From: Trichoplax adhaerens
Lineage: Eukaryota > Animalia > Placozoa
NCBI RefSeq assembly: GCF_000150275.1
Contig: NW_002060946.1
Location: forward strand, 5,289,454 to 5,353,453
DNA length: 64,000 nt
Direction: 5' to 3'
A program made the translations under genes and the position numbers. The notes beneath the pieces were generated by a model. It saw only the letters and a list, made by a program, of their open reading frames with translations, did not search any database and was not told the DNA's origin. The first letter of the stretch is position 1. Each line of letters starts with the position of its first letter. Positions 51,400-64,000 of the stretch are shown here, piece after piece.

Positions 51400-53447
51400 C
51401 TACTTAATTACAATCTATCGATACGAATATCTATTTTCAATCCATTAAGTACCAAGTACATGTCTGAACTTTATCCACGTTATAAGTATTACGAAGCAAA
51501 TCAAAAATAGTTATGAAATGTCGCTATATTCGTATTTTCGTGAGTTCAATCTATTATCTATACTATGATTAACCTGAGGTGCTAACGCAACAATTTGTAT
51601 TGCAAATAAAATGAAGTTACAAATGCCACTTTACCTTTAAATTCTTGGTAGATTTGTAGAGTCTGCAAGAGTTATGTATAAACTAGCGTATGTATTAGCT
51701 CATTCCAAAATTATAGTATTACTTAATAAATATTTACCGCATCTTGATAAGGTATCGAGCGATATATGTATATATAAAAAATGATGCTTGAATTCACGGA
51801 GAACAAATTATAAAATGTATCAATGCCTAAAGTAAAAAAAATAACCTGACAAGTTTGATGTGTAATTTTTCCTAAGGTTATACTTTACTTTGAACGTGGA
51901 TTTTGTTGTTGTTGTAGGGATACAGTAATCGACAACTACTGTAGTTCTTTATAGATTGATTGCTTAGTTAGCATTGGTACTTTTAGCTAGTTTCTACAGC
52001 ACGAGAGTGCAACATGAAATTAAATGGACCATACAATTATCATAGTTTTCAAGGTTACGCTCACTACGTTCAATTCAGCACATTATAACTTATTTGCGTA
52101 TGTTATTTTGTTTGATGCAGTTTCTAAGCATCAGCCGCAACATGTATACCATGAGCTCATTTTATTTGTGTCAATAATGATTGTTATCACCAAAGCCACT
52201 CACACGTATCTTATCTAGCTTACTAAGAGTGCGCTATTCATTTATATGGATAACCTATTTGGACACTAGACTACATCATGCCATGCAGTCCTATAATTTA
52301 TGCGATAAGTCTAGCTTTAATAACAGGCAAGAATTTATATGATAGGATAGCAGTCTTCCCATTAATAACTGCACAACCAAGAATCACTAAAAATTTCGAA
52401 GCTAAAAAGAATAACACTTAATGATCTGAAGTATCAACCTTCTTCTGTACAACTTAGTATGATAGCCAGACAGCAGATAAATGTAATCGCACAGCGTTGT
52501 TCAGAATCAGGCTTCTACAAACTGCAATCTAGCATAAATTAATAAAATACGACGTAATGAAAACAAGATGATTTTCTGTCTTTATCATAGCAGCAATGAC
52601 CACCTATTGCTATCCTGAGACAGGCTAAAATAAACAAATTTTTCTACATGATAATTGTAAACAGAGGACAATTAGTTATTTTTGTACTTTTAATACGGTC
52701 CTTACGAGGATAAGGCAATAATATACAACACGTATACATAAATTTGTTGAATATACAGCAAGAATGTGCCTTTAAATCATTTGACAGAAAGTTGTCACTG
52801 TTGAAGTATCAGCTGTAGCAAATGAACCTGCTGACGAGAGTAAATATATTAACTTAATTTACGGTTCACCTTACAGCATTATATAATGAACAATGTCATA
52901 AAATAATGAATTAATTGCATGTCGCCGGCACTGAAAAGATCAAGCATCATACAGCTATAACGGTATAATAAAAATATTTTGGTACAAAATAAACACAAAT
53001 CAGTTAGTTAATGCTTTCTAGTATGGCAACGACGGCTAATGTTCCTAATTATCACCTTTTTACTAAACTCATATGTAGATTTCACGATAAATACATTTGA
53101 TGAGATGTCATATATAATTAATAAATGTTTCGGTATATGGCTTTAGTAGTATAAATATTTAGTAACTTTACAAAGTAACTCTATCATACAAGATAAACAA
53201 GAAACAGCCATGGCCAAAAATATCCCCAACTCGTCATGATTCAATCGTACAGAAACGGCATTTTTAATCATTCATATCATATCAATTTGCGTTAAATCGT
53301 TCAGCTGGTATGCAAATCAAAGAATCATCATTGCAGCTAATAATAATCATTGGTTGCGTCACCGATAAACATCAATTACTTCTACAACATCTATCAATTA
53401 CCTCAGCTCATTAGTTATATCGCAAAGAAGTAAAATTTAATTTACAA

Positions 53448-57844
<4,397 letters not shown>

Positions 57845-60572
57845 TTACACCTCCAAATGAAGACTTGATTGGATTCTATCAAGGTCCTTGCCCCTTCTCC
57901 CTCTGCTTGCTCCAATGATCGGTTGCTTGCGATCAACCTAGTGGACGATACTGTCACTACTCTTGATCACTTTCTGGTCTCCTTTCCTCAGTAAAGCCTT
58001 ACTTCAATCTGTTATAATTACTTTCAAGAATGATTTGCCCCACAAAATGGAGTCGAATGATCGGAATTCAAACGTAGAGAAGTGGTTAGAAAGCAATCAA
58101 TACACCAAGCATGGAAGAATTACTAGACTGCGGCTTGAAATAAAGCAACGATATCGCGATCATTTGCACCATGGAGTGGAATAATTAAAAATGAACCCGA
58201 CAGTATAGCACTAGACTAAATGACTGCTCAACTACTGGTTAGTGGTCATACTGTACTGCTACCGTACGATAGAGTAATAGTCCACAGTGTATAGTATACT
58301 GAAGACACAGGTTATTTACCCCCTTGCAAACATGTTATTCTTACAAACTCGACCGTGTCGATGGCAATAGCTTTGCCTTCAACACTCTCGAAGTTGGCCT
58401 ACTGTGATATACTAGCTCTAATGAGTAGATGAATGCATTTCCTGATCGCTATTTTACTCCCTAGTTGGCTAAGGTTATTTACCTTTTGACCAACAAACAT
58501 GTTACCAACTCGATTATGTCTAGTATTTTTTTCCATCAGGAAGATCGTAGCGTACTTTTAGCATCAGCTATGGTGGCATACTGTCCACCAGCCTCTGTAC
58601 ACTACTGTATACTCCTTAAAATGATAGGAGTCGATTATTTCTCTCGACTCGTCGCTTTTAGTATATCGGCGGCCATAACCCTACAAGAATCTGCAATCAA
58701 TCGGCAATAAAAAAAGGATATGGTCAACAAGACTCTTATGACCCAGGGAGCAGTGGAATGTCCATAGTGGCCCATTATTTTCTCCACGCGGCTTAGTACT
58801 CGAGTCACAACCATCTCGGGATCACTGGTATGGGGGGGGGGAGGGGGGCATACATGCCGATTGGCCGTGCCCGCTATGACGTCACAACCACCATCAACAG
58901 CACGCTACTGTAGTGCTCAATCATGAGACCAGGATAGGTCATACCATGGAGATCTTCCAGACTGATCAATCCTGGCCTAGGATGGTAGGACAGGGGCTTG
59001 AGGTATCCAATGCCCGCTGTATTTGAAATATCAATACAACAGTATGGAGAGAAATATTGGGTACCACCACCATGGTGGGTAAGAGTGGGTACGGTAATGC
59101 CATGGAGACCTTGAAGGTTGATCATCCATATTTGCTGGTTGAGCTGAAGAATATTAAAATGTGAAAATGGATTCGTTTTGTAAGTCAAGTATAGAGCGAT
59201 TGGATAGGACTGAATAGGAATAAACTAGTTAGCATTAATCTCACCATTTGCAAGTCATCCAATGGATTGGATGACCTAAAGATTCCAATCGCAGTGATTG
59301 AAATCTTTCATCATGTTTGCAATAGTACAGAGATGATAGATGCTTGAGGAACGTATGCAGTTGTGTTAGGCTTACCAACGAGCCAAGAAAAGCGTCAAAA
59401 CGTAACAGAAAGGATCAAGTTGTAGCATACGATGTTCAAAAAAAACACCGATAAATTAATTTTAGGCTACATTGCTAGTTTATTTTCGGAAGACTAGGTA
59501 TACATGAGTCCATCTGCTTACAGTATCTAGCAAAGATCGATCTGACTTTTACAGCCAACTGACCGCCCAATCAGTTGAAATCGATTCTCATCTTGTCTAC
59601 AACTTAATAATGGTACACTTGTTATATGCTGTTGCCTGTAGGTTAGGTGACTACACATAGTAAATATTGGCGTTATTGAAAATGCTACCAATATCAAACT
59701 TACCTTGACCAAGGCAAACTTCCTAGAAAACGCTAGCAATGTATAGAGATAGAACCAATAACAACCAATCTTCTGTAAATGGGTTGGATACCAAATGGAC
59801 ACTTTCAGTAATAGATTAATGAGTTGGTGGGCTATATTTCATGTAGCAGAGATCAAGACGAATAACTTTCAGTCTCACATTTGAAGGGGACAGTCCAAAG
59901 CATTAGTTTAACTTTAGCTTTAATTTTCTTCTTGTTTATGTCTTCATTGTAGAATACGGCTTGTAATCTAAATTGGCATTCTTGAAATTCTTGTCAATAG
60001 CAAAATTACCTGTAATGTATTGATACACGACTACTTGATTGCTTCCTAAGGACAAAATTATTGTAATTAGCTGAAATCATGAAGTATCGTAAGCCAGATA
60101 AACTGCTTTCATAAACACTGCAGTGTTAAGAGATGCAAATTATAATCAATCTCGTGTAGTTAAATGGTAGAGTTCAGTAATGTAATGGATCAATCAGACA
60201 GTCAACTATTGCTTACTTCAAATAACAGCAGTTGACATGAAAAAGCCTTAGTTAAAGTTTCAATTTCGTCTTGTCTTTGCTCCCATAACACAACACTTGC
60301 TAAACACTATCAATAACTCTACTAGATATAAATTGCTAATCTTAAAACCTTATACTGCAAATAAACTAGCAATGTTAGGAAATAGCAAACAACATCTAAA
60401 TCCCATGTAGTTGGATTGTAAAGAATCAGTAATGTAATTGATCAATCATATAGAAAACCAGAAATGCCTTAAATGATAATTTTTTTTCATCTCGTCATAA
60501 ATTAGCATTTCAATCGTATCTGAACGGTTTACCATTTATCAATTGACCTAAAATCCTGTGTAAGACAAAATA

Positions 60573-62100
60573 ATGGCTAACTCTGTCAAGATCAAAGGTA
60601 TGACGTCAACACCTAAGCAAAAGAAGAAAAAGACATCACCTACTATTTCTCCTGCTAGTCGCAATATTCGCGTGCCTACAGGTCATCTCATCATCAGCGA
60701 TAAATATAACGATAGTCGTAGTATTATACAATTGCTAAAGGGTGAGCCGAATGATTGCTTTAGATATCATCTTTCATTTTCTGAATAGTAAAATCTTTTT
60801 CATCCTGTGTATTATATTGACGATGCATACGCGTATTTACGTATCCAAAATTTTATCACTATCAGAGCAAATAAAAGTGGTTATAGAGAGCAACCTTGGA
60901 CTAATTGACTTCTACCCATCGCCAGGCTGCGGGGTCATTCACTTCAAAGAAAATGATATAATTGATACTACAGGATGGAAAGAGAAATTAAGAAAACTCA
61001 TGCAGGTATTCCATAGCTCATTCCATTATCTATGAGAAATAACCCACGTCGTACATGTACTGTAACGAGCAAAGATATGCTACACATAATATTACTATAA
61101 AATTTTGAATTTGAGAAGGTTATAATAGGTTGTAAATACAATTAGAACTTTATACAAGTATACGTATTTATGAATGGCATTGTCGTGATATTCTAAAATA
61201 ATTGTACTAACTTGGTATTCTTAGTCACCTTTGAAAGTTATAATACTTGCGGAGAAAACCCTAACGAATAATCAATATTATGACCAACTGCAGACCTCTG
61301 CAGTAATTGAGTTTGGTATGGTGTTGTTACCCATACATTCAACGAACGATATCGCAAGTTACCTATCAAGTCTAGTAAGAATACACGTAGATACAGTATT
61401 AGGGTATCATACTTCAGCTTTAACTGCCACCTTATTATTTAATAGGTAAATCAAGCAACGAGGCCAGTTTATCATAATAAATTTCTTGTAAAAAGAAAGC
61501 CGGAACCTATTAACCAAGCTGTAGTATCTACGTTAAAGCTCCTACCTAGCGTCGGTGAAACTAAGGCAAGGTTGCTTCTAAATCGCTTTCACAGTAAGTT
61601 TAATGTGTGGATATGCTACTTAACGGGGATAGGTTCAGAATGTTACCTACTTAGCCGTCATAATAAAATTTCTGATATAATGATGCAAGCATTCAATCTC
61701 ATTTAATTAAAATAAATACAGGTATTGCTGGGATTTCTCATGCTTCTGTTGAGGTAGGCAGTTGTGTATAATGTTGAAAAAACTATAAAATGAGAGCTAG
61801 TCACGTTTATTATCCACTTATGTAAACTATATCAATAGTCTTAGCTATGGAATTTAGTATATGGCCAAACTGTTCGTACTCTTTTCATTTCCACGCTAAA
61901 AATAATACTAAAGGCTTTTACTCGTATTTAAAAGTTATTAACTAACGATACAGAAATTATTTATAATTTAATTAATGATCCATACTGGAGACTCAGTCGC
62001 TGTCAACCCTAACTTCTTAAAATTTTCCGAAACTGCTACTTAGGAACTAGCGGAAGTTATTGGCAGTTCCAGTGCTGTAGCTGTAAAAAAAGCATTTTAA
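60573..62100 (+). CDS. FAAP24: Fanconi anemia core complex-associated protein 24 (ERCC4-like domain plus HhH), ~231 aa, 6 exons
   Basis: Exons 60573-60741, 60866-61005, 61225-61374, 61446-61593, 61722-61753, 62044-62100. Motifs: RVPTGHLIISDKY, LGLIDFYPS, ILAEKT..QYYDQLQ..VIEFGMVLLPI, LPSVGETKARLLLNRFHSIAGISHASVEELAEVIG. Confidence 0.92.
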
Positions 62101-63264
62101 CAAAACATAATATTAATCGCCTATATTGGTGCCACAAGTGTGCTGTAATGGAAAGCTGTCATGCTCATTTGATTTTTACAAGGAATTATATTGTCTGGTG
62201 GGTTATCGTGTAAGGTTTGTCTGAAGATATCGTTTCCATTAACTGCCGTATCGAAATTAACAACGAAAGGTTTATAGCTTTACGAGCAGGCTACGTAAAT
62301 TTAATATACCGCTTTTATAACTTTTACCATAATGTATAGTGTATTATGCAGTCGTAATATACTATACTGCTATTCCTTGTCTACCAAATATCCAATGTGG
62401 AATCAATAACTTTAGTCAACCCGAAATTTTAGCTTACGTATCACTTACTGCGAATCAGTTTAAATATTCATTTATGTTATGTATGATATAAGACCTCTGA
62501 TGATCTTCTAAATAGATAGATTACTCTCATAAATTTTTGACATGGTATAGTAGAATAAATATCTAGTAAAATCATTCTCGATCAGTAACTGATATTAAAT
62601 ATTCTGTAGCAAATTTTTGAGCGTCGGGTGAAAATTTGTTCATTGTATTTAAGCTATTTCAATTCCATAAAATTTCGTTATATTAAAACGTCGTTCTCTT
62701 AAAAATGTCATAAGTTATCAATTGAATTACATTAATTTACTACGAATTAAACATCATCATTATTTATCGATTTTATCAGGTTGTTTTGATCGGTTGTACA
62801 TGTACTTCTTACCAGCTGTATAACTGCATCAAATTGCTGTTAGGAGGCGTTTACTTCTCAGATTGAATTTTTTACCTTCCAATACTCAATTAGCTATTCA
62901 TAGCTCATTAATAATTATAATGATTATTCCCATAAATTACCGTAAGAATTTAAACGAAATTGTGTGAATGATTATAAAAGTTATACTTGCATATAAATTA
63001 TTAGCTATCCAACTTCCTTATTTACTATTTATGGTACGGTCTATTAAGCCACATAATTTTTGTTGCATCAGAAGATGTATCGTATAATTGCATCTTAATT
63101 GTATATGGAATGGATAAGGGATGTTTCCGCTTAGACGGCTTTTGGACATTAACCTACAAAGGTTTGAACCCCATAATACTATCCTTCACGCTGTTACACA
63201 GCTACTTCCCAATTTGAAGTGACTCATTTCTGTACAGGATTGTGCGTTGTTCATAGTATTACCT

Positions 63265-63328
63265 TGTAGGTATGACTTCCGTTGGTGTTTGACATCGAAT
63301 TTGTTCTTTTATAAGCCATTTCTTAACA
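63265..63328 (-). other. Possible internal exon of an unidentified convergent gene near the window end (approximate coordinates)
   Basis: aaacag|...|gtaata boundaries with one open frame (VKKWLIKEQIRCQTPTEVIPT). A further acceptor (tttgtag) lies near 63153. No recognisable homology. Confidence 0.2.
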
Positions 63329-64000
63329 TCTGTTTAATAAAAGTGTCTAATTGATTCATACATGTAACATATGATAAGTGATTATTTGTTATCAATTCCA
63401 GTAAAATATGCCTGATATACAATAATTTAAATTATAATGATATAAATTAATTATTTTATTAATAACTTAAGTGTACGCAACATACCGTATTTTATAAATG
63501 CTCATTATTTACGAAATGACTAAGTATAATTCCGAAATCAAGGGTTTGTGTAAGAACTTAGACACATGTATCCAATTTCAACATCATCCAGTATACCCTT
63601 AATATTATTGCTTTTATATGAATAGCTTAATTGCTCTAGAATGCAGAGAGATCAGATACTTTGTTGTGCAATAGAAATTGGGTAATTGAATATTGAACAT
63701 GATCATATCCAAGTACTGCTTATGTTATCGCTATACAATAAAGTAGGTGATTTAGAATAAAGTATTAGAAGGGTAGAAAATATAAATATTAATTAATACA
63801 TTACATTCTATTTCAAGCCGCTTTAATCAACTCTAAACGACCTACAAACGGAAACGAAATAAATAATAAATTTTTTCTTTAATTCGCAGAAATTTTTATT
63901 AACATTGAAATCAAACAGATCTTTAATATTTAAAGGTTTTGAATGCAACCTTAAATATAACAATTGATAAATAACTATCTGAGGTAGCAGCAATCACAAT

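Overview
AT-rich eukaryotic genomic DNA with short GT-AG introns. It is an animal, and a placozoan such as Trichoplax is my best guess from composition and gene style (inference only). I spliced six protein-coding genes by hand: (1) a 22-exon, ~1167-aa secreted large lipid transfer protein of the vitellogenin/apolipophorin superfamily (711-16388, -); (2) a class A GPCR with an intronless CDS, GPR161-like (31398-32747, -); (3) EXOSC7/Rrp42 (43266-46086, -); (4) an RNF114/RNF166-family RING-Di19-UIM E3 ligase (48847-51399, +); (5) a TENT4/PAPD5-7 (Trf4) non-canonical poly(A) polymerase (53448-57844, -); (6) FAAP24 (60573-62100, +). The non-coding space holds many local tandem arrays of different ages with 84-170 bp units, plus an assembly gap. 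The most unusual item is the lipid transfer protein: it has no vWD domain, and instead a thrombospondin type-1 repeat on a symmetric phase-1 exon sits directly before a vitellogenin-type cystine-knot tail. Also notable are a DRY->DSY change in the GPCR and a serial amplification of the GPCR's last codons plus stop into its 3' flank. I found no tRNA, rRNA, CRISPR array or autonomous transposon. Most short ORFs in the supplied track are exon fragments or noise.
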